From positions 1 to 35,928 of the forward strand of contig CBFIJH010000015.1 in assembly GCA_965662895.1 (NCBI GenBank): a stretch of 35,928 nt of DNA, read 5' to 3'. A model generated the notes under the pieces. The model did not search any database. It worked only from the letters and a program-made list of their open reading frames with translations, and was not told the DNA's origin. The DNA comes from Candidatus Poseidoniaceae archaeon (lineage in GTDB: Archaea; Thermoplasmatota; Poseidoniia; Poseidoniales; Poseidoniaceae). Shown in pieces: positions 7,045 through 15,928 of the stretch; position 1 is the stretch's first letter, and each line of letters begins with the position of its first letter. The position numbers were made by a program, and so were the translations under genes.

Positions 7045-9438
7045 TCACTCGTTGCCATATTTGGCTAGGTATTCATGACCGTACCATTTCCATTGTTCCA
7101 TCGTCCATCCTTCAGGAAGTCCTGAAGCAGGAAGCGGTGGTGCTTCTGTTGGCGCTTCTTGAACAGGTTCTGAAGTGGGTTCCTCGCCAACTGGTTCGGA
7201 ACCTTCACCCATAGAAGCAATCGATTCAATCGATTCGTCTCCAGAGAACATATCTTCTGAAGTCGATGGTTCATCCACTGATTCAAGTTCAAGCCCTGAT
7301 TGCTCTTTTTCCTCCATATCCAATGGTTTGACATCGTCATCCCACAAAGAATCTGAGTCGATTCCACCAGTAGCAGAAGAACCTGCAGTTCCTTCAAGCG
7401 CTTCGCTCATTGCTGCAGAACTTGGCAATGCACCGCCGTATTCTTTGGTGATTGTGGCTGTCTTGCGGCGTGACACCACCATTCCAACAACAACGATGAC
7501 AACGGTTATACCAGCAAAGATGATTCCTCCGTAGATCAATGCATCCGACATGGCCTCACTTTGGTACCATGCACTTTCAGAAGTTGATTCCGTCAAGTCC
7601 GTTGTATTCCAACTGCTAAATGTGAGTGGTGTTTCATTGGCTGCAATCGTTTGGTCATAGTACTCCACATACACTGAGTTGCGCCAACCAACACAAACTT
7701 CTCTGGAGTCTGTAAAGACAAGGTTGCAATGATGGCGTTCGGTCTGGATTCGAGCATCAGTATCGTTGTAATCAGCGTTTGCACCGACACCATCACGATC
7801 GATGTCGAGATATTCCTTCGGATCTTGATCCATGTTGAGCGATTCCGTTGCATCCGCCCAACCGTCTCCATCCTTGTCTTCACAACCGTGCGATGGCAGT
7901 TCTGTATTCTCTTGAGGTTGTTCCGGATTTGGCAACCATGCTCGAGTCGAGTTTCCGGCCTTTGTTGGACATTTATCCGGTTCGTTTCCGAGTGCATTGT
8001 CTCCGTAACCATCTCCATCACCATCAATCCATTGCGTTCCATCGGACGGTAATGCATCTGCACCTTGTGCAGACGTCCAATTCTCGTCAGGATCGGAAAA
8101 CCCATCCAAGTCACTGTCTGGACAACCATAGCGGTCCTCGGTCGAAAATCCGTTCACGTTCGGACAGCCATCGGGCGTCGTTCCCGTTGGATTATCACCG
8201 TAACCATCTTTGTCGGAATCTGCCCACTGCGAGGAGTCGAGAGGGTATGCATCCCCGTCTTGTCCCTCGCTGTTGTCCCCATAACCATCACCATCCGAAT
8301 CGAGGGTCTGATCACCATTTGAAGGGAAAACATCCGTATTGTCTCCAACACCATCACCATCCGAATCGACGGATTCATCGGCAGAGTTCGGGAATTCATC
8401 CGTATTGTCACCGACTCCATCGCCGTCGCTATCGAGTGTTTCATTCGGATCTGATGGGAATGCGTCAAGTGCATCCGTTACACCATCACCGTCGCTATCG
8501 ATGTCATAGAGTTGAACACGCGTCACGGATGAGAATCCAGAAATGATGTAGATTTCACCGTTCGAACCGATCAGTGAACCAATGACCTTCCCACTCGATT
8601 CGTATGTCGTACCTTCAGTCAATGTCGTCGTATCGACTTGAATAATCTCTCCAGATTGTGTTCCTAAGTGATACGTTGCAAAATCCATTTGCTTCAAGTA
8701 AACAATTTGTGTACTCGAAGACAAGGAGTGTTGCTCATAGGTGTAGTCAGAGAGATTGTATCGATACAAATCTCCGCCTGCTGTACCAACCAAAAGACGT
8801 CCTTGAGAATCCAGTTCAAGGCTTTTGACGGCAGAAGTCATATCGGTGAGTTCTTGAAGAAGCGATCCAGTGTTCGATGAAACCTTTACGCGATTGTCGT
8901 AACCACCGGTCAGAATGTTTCCACTCGGGGTGATCAGCATGGCCGTCATTCCACCAGTGTGCGCATCGGTTTGTACGGAGGTGGGTATGCCACCTGACCA
9001 TTCTTCTGCACATCGTTCACCTGCAAAATAAGCAAGCCACATGTCTCCATCGTTGTCCCAGTCGACCGAATTGACGGGAGCGCTTGTATTGAGATATTGC
9101 GTAATGATTTCCTGCGCCAATTGCACAACCACAACACCTGAACTGTGGGCAACTGCAACCAGGTTTTCTCCAGCATCAACCGTTGCGGAATTCGCATTCA
9201 CATTCAATTCAAGACTCCATACTTGTGAATGGGTTCCCGATTCGAAGGTATTGACACTTAGCGTTCCGCTACCAGTGACCATGAGCACTTTTCCGTCATT
9301 CAATTGTTCCCATGCAACCACTTTCTCGCTGATCGATTCGGTTTGACCTGCATCAACAAGATTTGCGGAAACTGGAACGATTGGAAGCAAAATCAAGCTA
9401 AAAAGCAAGCATAGAACAATGCCAACAGTGGTTCGCAT
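7045..9438 (-). CDS. Secreted, single-pass membrane protein: WD40-like beta-propeller + thrombospondin type 3 (Ca-binding) repeats + TM + acidic tail with PPLP..GLPEGW..EQW..YG motif
   Basis: N-terminal signal peptide; AHTGGMTAM..ILTGGYDNRVKV (WD40-like); many DSDGDGVGDN.D.FP units; TM LIYGGIIFAGITVVIVVVGMVV then SRRK. Confidence 0.85.
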   Translation of the reverse strand: MRTTVGIVLCLLFSLILLPIVPVSANLVDAGQTESISEKVVAWEQLNDGKVLMVTGSGTLSVNTFESGTHSQVWSLELNVNANSATVDAGENLVAVAHSSGVVVVQLAQEIITQYLNTSAPVNSVDWDNDGDMWLAYFAGERCAEEWSGGIPTSVQTDAHTGGMTAMLITPSGNILTGGYDNRVKVSSNTGSLLQELTDMTSAVKSLELDSQGRLLVGTAGGDLYRYNLSDYTYEQHSLSSSTQIVYLKQMDFATYHLGTQSGEIIQVDTTTLTEGTTYESSGKVIGSLIGSNGEIYIISGFSSVTRVQLYDIDSDGDGVTDALDAFPSDPNETLDSDGDGVGDNTDEFPNSADESVDSDGDGVGDNTDVFPSNGDQTLDSDGDGYGDNSEGQDGDAYPLDSSQWADSDKDGYGDNPTGTTPDGCPNVNGFSTEDRYGCPDSDLDGFSDPDENWTSAQGADALPSDGTQWIDGDGDGYGDNALGNEPDKCPTKAGNSTRAWLPNPEQPQENTELPSHGCEDKDGDGWADATESLNMDQDPKEYLDIDRDGVGANADYNDTDARIQTERHHCNLVFTDSREVCVGWRNSVYVEYYDQTIAANETPLTFSSWNTTDLTESTSESAWYQSEAMSDALIYGGIIFAGITVVIVVVGMVVSRRKTATITKEYGGALPSSAAMSEALEGTAGSSATGGIDSDSLWDDDVKPLDMEEKEQSGLELESVDEPSTSEDMFSGDESIESIASMGEGSEPVGEEPTSEPVQEAPTEAPPLPASGLPEGWTMEQWKWYGHEYLAKYGNE
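8285..8500. repeat. Intragenic 66-bp (22-aa) tandem TSP3 repeat units
   Basis: CCATCACCATCCGAATCGA at 8285 and 8351; CATCCGTATTGTC at 8331 and 8397 (both 66 bp apart). Confidence 0.75.
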
Positions 9439-9487
9439 ATCCTAGCGATGACGTTTTGAATTATCAAACAGACGCATGATTGTCCAA

Positions 9488-12001
9488 TCACGATTCATCG
9501 GAAGATGGTTTCGTACCCTTCTTCGAGCTTGGTGGTGGACCTCGTTGTTTCTTGGGAATCATTTGTGGGCGAGCCGGTGTCAATGAAGCCGTTTTCACTT
9601 CTTTTTGTTGCGTTGATAACGGCGTTAGTCGTTGCACAGGGCGAAGCATGGCGGTTTCTGAATCCTCTTCGTCCTCCGTAGCCTCTTTTGCGACGACATT
9701 GAGAGGTGTCAATGTACCTTGGACTGGTCGAAGAGTCGTTGTTTCTGTGACCGCCTCAACGACGTCACCAACGACGTCCTCCATGGCTTCCTCAACTTCT
9801 GTAAGATCTCTCTTTGAAATGATTGCCTCATCATCGCTCGTTCCAAACTGTCCATCCTCACCAGGTGTGATACTGACTTCAACCGCACCAACAGGAACAA
9901 CGATTTCCTCTGCAGGAAGTTCTTGTGTAGGTTGAACGACTGTTTCGATTGGTTTTGGCTGAATTGGCATTCGAACTTGGCGCTCAATAGGCTTGGGCAA
10001 ATTTGCTCCAGGATTTGCTGAACCAATCGGTGCCTTGACTGGCCGTAGTGTTGGTGCTTGACCGAGTGGCTTTGCGCCACCCATTGGGGCTCGCATTCCA
10101 CCGAGTCCTATGCCTTGTGGCTCTGTCGTTCCAAGTGTGCGTGTCATACCACTCATTGCAGGAGTGCGTGCACCAAGCGTCGATGGGTCTTGACCCATCG
10201 GCATCGATGCAGGTGCTTGACCGGAGATGGACTGCATCCATTTTTGTCGCTTCTCTGCTCGAGTATCGGTTTGTTGGAGTTCAGCGAATTCCTGTTCTCG
10301 ACTCTGCAATTCAGCTTCAGAACTGTCAATTTCACCTTGGATTTGCGATGTAATTGCATCCCGCATCTTGGTCTCAGCCATTTCACGGAAGGAGTCCATC
10401 TTTGCAGCAAGGCTGTTCAGGCGATCACGGACTTCAGCACGCTTGAGACCAAGTTGGGCCTCGATTTCAGCACGAATGGATGCTTCACGCTTGCGTACAT
10501 CGATCAGCGCCTTGTTGCGCATGATTTCCTCTCGCTTGTCGAGTTGACGTTCGAGTTGAACAGCAATTTCCTCTTGCTTACGTGTTCGGAAGGCTGCAAG
10601 ACGTTCTTCCATGTCGACTTCGAGTTCGAGCGCCGTTTCTTCCTTCAACAAGTCAAGGTCGGTCTCAAAGGTGAGTCGTTCGTTGCGAAGTTGTGCATCC
10701 AACTCTGCCATGATGGCCTTACGGGCAGCAGTTTCACGAGACTGGAATTCAATCTCAAGTCGCTCTGCCCATTCAGTGCGCTTTGATTCGTACTGTTCCT
10801 CAAGTTGTCCACGGAGTTCAGTTTCTCGCTCAAATCGGAATCTGGCGAGGCGGTTCTGAATTTCTGCCTCGCGAGTGTTGCGATACGACTCGAATTCTTC
10901 ATCGGAACGACGAGCCAATTCTGCCTCAAGTTCGGCTTTGAGAACATTGGAAATGTCGTCAACAGCCTTCGAGAAGGTTATGTCGTATTTCTCCTTCAAG
11001 CGACCTTTTCGCTCACTCAGCCGTTCAGCATGGTTGGCTTCGATTTGTTTCTGAATTTCAACTCGAAGTTCATCTCGACGTCGAGCAATTGCCAGTTCAA
11101 CATCTTCACGCATTCGCTCTTCGAGATCTTCTGTCTCTTGGCGAAGTTGAATTTCAAGCTCCTGTTGCAATTGTTGAGCAATGTCTTCTTCAAGACGTAG
11201 GCTTCGTCGATCGTATTCAGCACGAAGACGTGCTTCCCGATTTTGCAATCGCTGGCGAAGTTGCTGTTCCAAGCGTGTTCGAATGCCGCGTCGCAGTTGC
11301 TCTTCTCGCTCTGCAAGACGCGCTTTGTGGCCATCCTCAAGAGCTTCGATTTCCTTGTTCTCCATTTCAACAAATCGAGATTCCATTTCTTTCTCAATGT
11401 CGGCCTCAAGTTCGCGTATTTTCTGCTGAAGGCGATGATTGTATTCAAGAGCAAGACGTTCTTTTTGCAGTTCAAGTCGTCGACGGTGTTCATCTTGAAG
11501 TTGAACTTCAATGGACTGTTTGATGCTTTCCTTGTGTTCTTCAAGCCGGCGGTCATGCTCATGATCGAGTTGATTCTGAAGGTTCGCTATTTCCCGACTC
11601 AATCGTAGGTCAAGTTGCTCACGCATTCTCGCTTCTTCTGAAGCAAGGGCTGATCGCTCCATCTCAGCAAGTTCAACTTCCATCTCAGCCCGCATCTCTT
11701 TTTCCAAGGCATCCAGAGTAAGTTCGTGTTGTACTGCAAGGTCGTTCGCAATCGCATCTTGCATGGCAGAAACTCGCTCTGAGATGGCTTGTTGGCGGAG
11801 ACGTCGTTCTCGACGAATATCGGCTCGCATGCGTTCTTCTTCTCGGAAGCGAGCACTGGTAAGAAGCGCTTGATCTGTCGAGACGGTTGGTGAGGATGTA
11901 AACTGGTTACGGAGAGCTGTAAGGCTAAGACGGTCTGCGTTGGCTCGCTTCTTTCGAACTGCGTCCAAAGCCTCGTCTTGCCTGCTATCGCTAACACTCA
12001 T
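9488..12001 (-). CDS. 837-aa E/R/Q/L-rich long coiled-coil protein with Pro/Gly-rich disordered C-terminal tail
   Basis: About 540 aa of proline-free helical sequence, then about 250 aa low-complexity tail; no signal peptide, TM or ATPase motif. Confidence 0.85.
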   Translation of the reverse strand: MSVSDSRQDEALDAVRKKRANADRLSLTALRNQFTSSPTVSTDQALLTSARFREEERMRADIRRERRLRQQAISERVSAMQDAIANDLAVQHELTLDALEKEMRAEMEVELAEMERSALASEEARMREQLDLRLSREIANLQNQLDHEHDRRLEEHKESIKQSIEVQLQDEHRRRLELQKERLALEYNHRLQQKIRELEADIEKEMESRFVEMENKEIEALEDGHKARLAEREEQLRRGIRTRLEQQLRQRLQNREARLRAEYDRRSLRLEEDIAQQLQQELEIQLRQETEDLEERMREDVELAIARRRDELRVEIQKQIEANHAERLSERKGRLKEKYDITFSKAVDDISNVLKAELEAELARRSDEEFESYRNTREAEIQNRLARFRFERETELRGQLEEQYESKRTEWAERLEIEFQSRETAARKAIMAELDAQLRNERLTFETDLDLLKEETALELEVDMEERLAAFRTRKQEEIAVQLERQLDKREEIMRNKALIDVRKREASIRAEIEAQLGLKRAEVRDRLNSLAAKMDSFREMAETKMRDAITSQIQGEIDSSEAELQSREQEFAELQQTDTRAEKRQKWMQSISGQAPASMPMGQDPSTLGARTPAMSGMTRTLGTTEPQGIGLGGMRAPMGGAKPLGQAPTLRPVKAPIGSANPGANLPKPIERQVRMPIQPKPIETVVQPTQELPAEEIVVPVGAVEVSITPGEDGQFGTSDDEAIISKRDLTEVEEAMEDVVGDVVEAVTETTTLRPVQGTLTPLNVVAKEATEDEEDSETAMLRPVQRLTPLSTQQKEVKTASLTPARPQMIPKKQRGPPPSSKKGTKPSSDES

Positions 12002-12211
12002 AGCATCCCATCCGATTGACTATCGACCTTTCTTCCTACATAAGGTGCGCGACGTTCACCATGAACAAAAGCGCGATTTGGAAAGGATTTTTTCATTCGC
12101 ATTCATTGTTCCTCGGCCGAAGAATATCCAGAACGTACCGAACATTGTGTGGGTTAACGCCATGTCATCAACAAGTCCAGACAACATGAATGTGGATTTC
12201 ATAAGAGCAGT

Positions 12212-12604
12212 TTAGAAACTCACTTTGAATCCAGTATCGCATGCAGGACAATTGATTGTTCGCTCACCAGGACGCTGCTTCATCCTCAAACCACGTTTGC
12301 ATCCAGGACATTCAATCTCAACACGAACCACCTTGGCTGTGAGGGTAAATTGCGCCTCACATCCTCCACAACGTAATTCTGCGGGTCGATGATCGACGCC
12401 AGCGATGAGGACCTTTGAACACGACGGGCATGAAAGACGCTCGTTTAGCCACTTCTTCCGGGTTGGTTCATGTTCTGTACGAACATTTGCATGACACAAT
12501 TCACACTGAATTTCACCGAGAGCTGTTGGAAGTAAACCATCGCACTTTGGACACGAAAGTGGCGGTGGTGCAACTCTTGACTCAACTGAAAGTTCTTCTT
12601 CCAT
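12212..12604 (-). CDS. Small multi-zinc-ribbon protein (six CxxC)
   Basis: CPKC, CELC, CPSC, CGGC, CPGC, CPAC arranged as three ribbon pairs. Confidence 0.85.
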   Translation of the reverse strand: MEEELSVESRVAPPPLSCPKCDGLLPTALGEIQCELCHANVRTEHEPTRKKWLNERLSCPSCSKVLIAGVDHRPAELRCGGCEAQFTLTAKVVRVEIECPGCKRGLRMKQRPGERTINCPACDTGFKVSF

Positions 12605-12665
12605 ACTTGTCCCATTCCGTCATTGATTTTGGATTGTTCGCCTCGAATACGAGGTTTTCGATGCA

Positions 12666-13136
12666 TTACTCGTCGTTCTTTTTGTTCCCAACGAGAATAA
12701 TCTTTCCTGGAAGGAAGTTCCACGGAAGGTCCAATGCGATGTTGTATTCTTCTGCCAGTTTCTGCACAAGTTGCTTCGCACCAACTTGACCACGTGAATC
12801 AACAAGGTCGATGGAATGAACATGCGTCATCTTGGAGAGTTCATCGAAAGGCGAGGTCGTACCGGAGGTCGTTACCTGGGGAGCACCCATCGAAGGAAGG
12901 GGGACACGCTTGGTGACGCGCCACCACCGGGCCCTTCCAACGTCTCTGTGATTCTCGATGAGGCCAACCTTCACCAAACGTTTGAGATGATGATAGAGGT
13001 TGTATCGATCAACATCGAGTGCCTCTTGGAGTTGAACAGTACTCATCTCATCGCTTTGCAAAAGTGCTTGATACGCACCTTGACGTGTCGGATGGGTCAA
13101 TGCTGCAACTAACGGGTCAGTCCTCACTCGACTCAT
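12666..13136 (-). CDS. ArsR/HTH_20-like winged-helix regulator with extra C-terminal domain
   Basis: ALTHPTRQGAYQALL..EMSTVQLQEALDVDRYNLYHHLKRLVKVGLIE..DVGRARWWRV; SD GGTGA. Confidence 0.85.
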   Translation of the reverse strand: MSRVRTDPLVAALTHPTRQGAYQALLQSDEMSTVQLQEALDVDRYNLYHHLKRLVKVGLIENHRDVGRARWWRVTKRVPLPSMGAPQVTTSGTTSPFDELSKMTHVHSIDLVDSRGQVGAKQLVQKLAEEYNIALDLPWNFLPGKIILVGNKKNDE

Positions 13137-13184
13137 CGGCTCACCGGTTTGGACTCAAACTTGCTTAGGTTTGAAGATATCCTT

Positions 13185-15833
13185 TCAACTTCGGATTTCG
13201 TTCAATTGTTTCCTGCCTGTTTCAAGAGCGACCAACATCGATTCCCACATCGCGATAAAGGTGTTTTTGACCAAGGTCAACATACCTGTTCCTTCAGCAA
13301 GGCGGGCTCCATTAAGAATCACAAGAATGACCGAAAGTTCGTGCACCAACACACCGACCCATAATGCATCATAGAATCCGTTGACAACGGCATAAACCAA
13401 GGTGATGGTGACAAGAATCGAAAACGACAGATTTTGTCTGAAGTTCCTTTCTGTTCGACGAGCAAGTTTCAGCAGATCCGCAAGCATGCGCGGGTCGTCC
13501 CCAGGAATCATCACGTCTGCTGCTTCCACATTGACCGATTCGCCAGACCCAACAGCAACGCCAACGTCTGCAACCGCCAAAGCGGCAGCATCGTTAAATC
13601 CATCACCGACCATCATGGTGACTGATATGTCCGAACGACTGCGGACAACGTCGACTTTATCCTCCGGAGATTGGTTTCCAAATGCATCGGTCTTTGGAAG
13701 CCCAACAGATGATGCAAAACGATCGACTGCGCCTTGCTGGTCTCCAGAAAGAATCTGCACATGGATGCCCATTTTGTGCAGTTCAGGAATCAGTTCGTCA
13801 GCACCTTGTCGAGTATCGTCGTGAACAAAAGTGAACAGAGCGACACACTTCTCGCCTTTGGTCAAAATCGATGCGCCGTGACCTGATGCTTCAGCGGCTT
13901 TGACCTCGTTGTTCAATTGTTCAGGGATTTCAATACCATAATCTGAGAGCGCATCCGGCCGCAACATGAGCACACGCTCTTTGTTTCGAAGCGCTTGAAT
14001 GCCTGCGTTCACATCCTTGATTTTCTTGACTTCTGCAGGTTGGATGGCTTGCTTTTCTGCGAATTCTCGTAGCGCCTCAGCATATGGGTGCGATGAGCGT
14101 GCTTCGATACCTGCGGCAAGAGCAATGGAAGCTTCACGTCGCCTTCCTTTAGCCATCACAACCTTTCCAATCGATGGTTTACCGGATGTGAGCGTGCCGG
14201 TCTTATCGAGGAAGACGTGATTCACCCGAGCAAGTCGTTCCAGGACGTTCCCCCCACGAGCAATGGCTCCCATGTGAGCCGAATTTGCCAAAGCAGCAGC
14301 GTGCGGAACCGGGGCTGCGAGCAGAAGGGCGCATGGACAGGCAACCACCCAAAGCAAGAGGACAATCTTCCAGTTGTCAGGATAAAGGAACCAATAGACG
14401 CCAAAGGCACCAAACAATACAATTGGCACCCAAATGGCAGTAAAGCGCTCAATGGATGCTTGCAATCTTGGCGGTTCGTCTTTGAAGGTATGAACCGCTT
14501 CGATCAATTCAAACAATTGTGTTTCTTCTCCAACGGCTTCCACCTCGAGGACAATTGGACCACGAGCCAGAACGAGACCCGCTTGAACAAAATCTCCTTC
14601 TTCAACATCGACAGGAACCGATTCACCGGTCAATGGGGCTTTGTTCAATGCGCCTTTTCCATCGACGATTCGACCATCTGCTGGAACAAGTTCACCACTT
14701 CGAATCTCAATGTGATCTCCAACAGAAAGAAGGTCGATTGGAATTTGTTCAGGTCCTGCATGTTGATGTGGCCTTGCAGGAGTCATCGAGTTTCCGGCCG
14801 AGGAAATTGAGCCAATCTGGATGGTTGGTGGCGTGAAGGCTTTGTTTTCCTTGACTCGACGAGCCACGCGTGGCAATCGATCGAGACCTCCCTGCATTGC
14901 TTCACGGGCTTTTGCCAGAGCATCGCCTTCAAGATGGGCAGTTAAGGCAACGAGAATGGAGACAATCAATGCCTCTTCCCACATCATCAACCCACATGCT
15001 CCAACAACAGCAAGACTGGTTAACACTTGGAACCCGAGTTGTCGGTTGACGACACTTGCAATGGCTTCTCGAAACATCTGATAACTTGAGACGATAATTC
15101 CCGGTATTGCAATCGCTGCTGGAATCCAGCCTTCAATTCCAATCAATTCCAACAAAATAACGATGAAAAGAAGAGGCAACGCAAACACTGCTCCGAGCAA
15201 ACGGAATTGATCCGGTCGCAGACGATTGGAGGTTGTCGTCACATATCTTGGCGTTGATCCACAGACTTGTTCGATGGCTTCGTCGCGTTTCTTAAGCAGT
15301 TCTTGGTCCCCACTGGTAACCATTTGGAGAAGGATACGACCATCTTTCTCGATGTCTGCATCCAAGATTCCAGGTTGCAATCGAAACAGTTTCTTCAGTT
15401 CGCGGAGCGTGGTATTGTTGCGCTTGGCAATGGTCGCAGCTTTGACGCCTTTGAGGTGATGATGCTCTGTATCGGGAGCGTGTCCGAGCGAGCGAAGAAC
15501 GTTCGATACTTCGGAAATAGCTCCTTTTTCCAAATCGACTGAAAGTTTGACTTCTCCGCTGGTAGCTGATACAACGGGCTTGGAAACCTGTGGCATGAGG
15601 TTCAATGCCTTTGTCGCCTTGCTGGCACAATCTGGACAATCCATGCCAACCAGTGGCCATTCTACGATGTAGTCGCCCGTCGCTTGCATGATAATTTCTG
15701 CATCGAGGATTTCAACATCGTTGGCAATGTGCTCTTCTTCGACAGGGTTCTTTTGACCCTTGCTGGGCTTGGGCAAGGGTTGAGGTTCCTCATCCTCAAG
15801 GGAGAAAAACACGTCTTCACCGACCTCCCCCAT
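13185..15833 (-). CDS. Heavy-metal-translocating P1B-type ATPase (start 15833 preferred over 15926)
   Basis: GMDCPDC HMA motif, LTGES, ACPCAL, DKTGTLT, SSHP, LSGD, PEDK, MVGDGFNDAAALA, last TM HELS. Confidence 0.95.
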   Translation of the reverse strand: MGEVGEDVFFSLEDEEPQPLPKPSKGQKNPVEEEHIANDVEILDAEIIMQATGDYIVEWPLVGMDCPDCASKATKALNLMPQVSKPVVSATSGEVKLSVDLEKGAISEVSNVLRSLGHAPDTEHHHLKGVKAATIAKRNNTTLRELKKLFRLQPGILDADIEKDGRILLQMVTSGDQELLKKRDEAIEQVCGSTPRYVTTTSNRLRPDQFRLLGAVFALPLLFIVILLELIGIEGWIPAAIAIPGIIVSSYQMFREAIASVVNRQLGFQVLTSLAVVGACGLMMWEEALIVSILVALTAHLEGDALAKAREAMQGGLDRLPRVARRVKENKAFTPPTIQIGSISSAGNSMTPARPHQHAGPEQIPIDLLSVGDHIEIRSGELVPADGRIVDGKGALNKAPLTGESVPVDVEEGDFVQAGLVLARGPIVLEVEAVGEETQLFELIEAVHTFKDEPPRLQASIERFTAIWVPIVLFGAFGVYWFLYPDNWKIVLLLWVVACPCALLLAAPVPHAAALANSAHMGAIARGGNVLERLARVNHVFLDKTGTLTSGKPSIGKVVMAKGRRREASIALAAGIEARSSHPYAEALREFAEKQAIQPAEVKKIKDVNAGIQALRNKERVLMLRPDALSDYGIEIPEQLNNEVKAAEASGHGASILTKGEKCVALFTFVHDDTRQGADELIPELHKMGIHVQILSGDQQGAVDRFASSVGLPKTDAFGNQSPEDKVDVVRSRSDISVTMMVGDGFNDAAALAVADVGVAVGSGESVNVEAADVMIPGDDPRMLADLLKLARRTERNFRQNLSFSILVTITLVYAVVNGFYDALWVGVLVHELSVILVILNGARLAEGTGMLTLVKNTFIAMWESMLVALETGRKQLNEIRS

Positions 15834-15928
15834 GGAAGTTTCCTCTTCTTCCTGTTTGATTAAGGCTATCCTATGACGATGAAAAGTACAGAGAGAATCT
15901 TCTTGAAACATGAGAAATTGGTTCAAGC

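Noticed and set aside
8285-8500. 66-bp periodic repeats as a CRISPR array
   Set aside because: Degenerate, in-frame and explained by 22-aa TSP3 units; no cas genes
10058-11608. Several + strand ORFs opposite the coiled-coil gene
   Set aside because: Shadows of low-complexity E/R/Q codons
9488-12001. Coiled-coil protein as SMC/Rad50
   Set aside because: No Walker A/B, ABC signature, hinge or zinc hook
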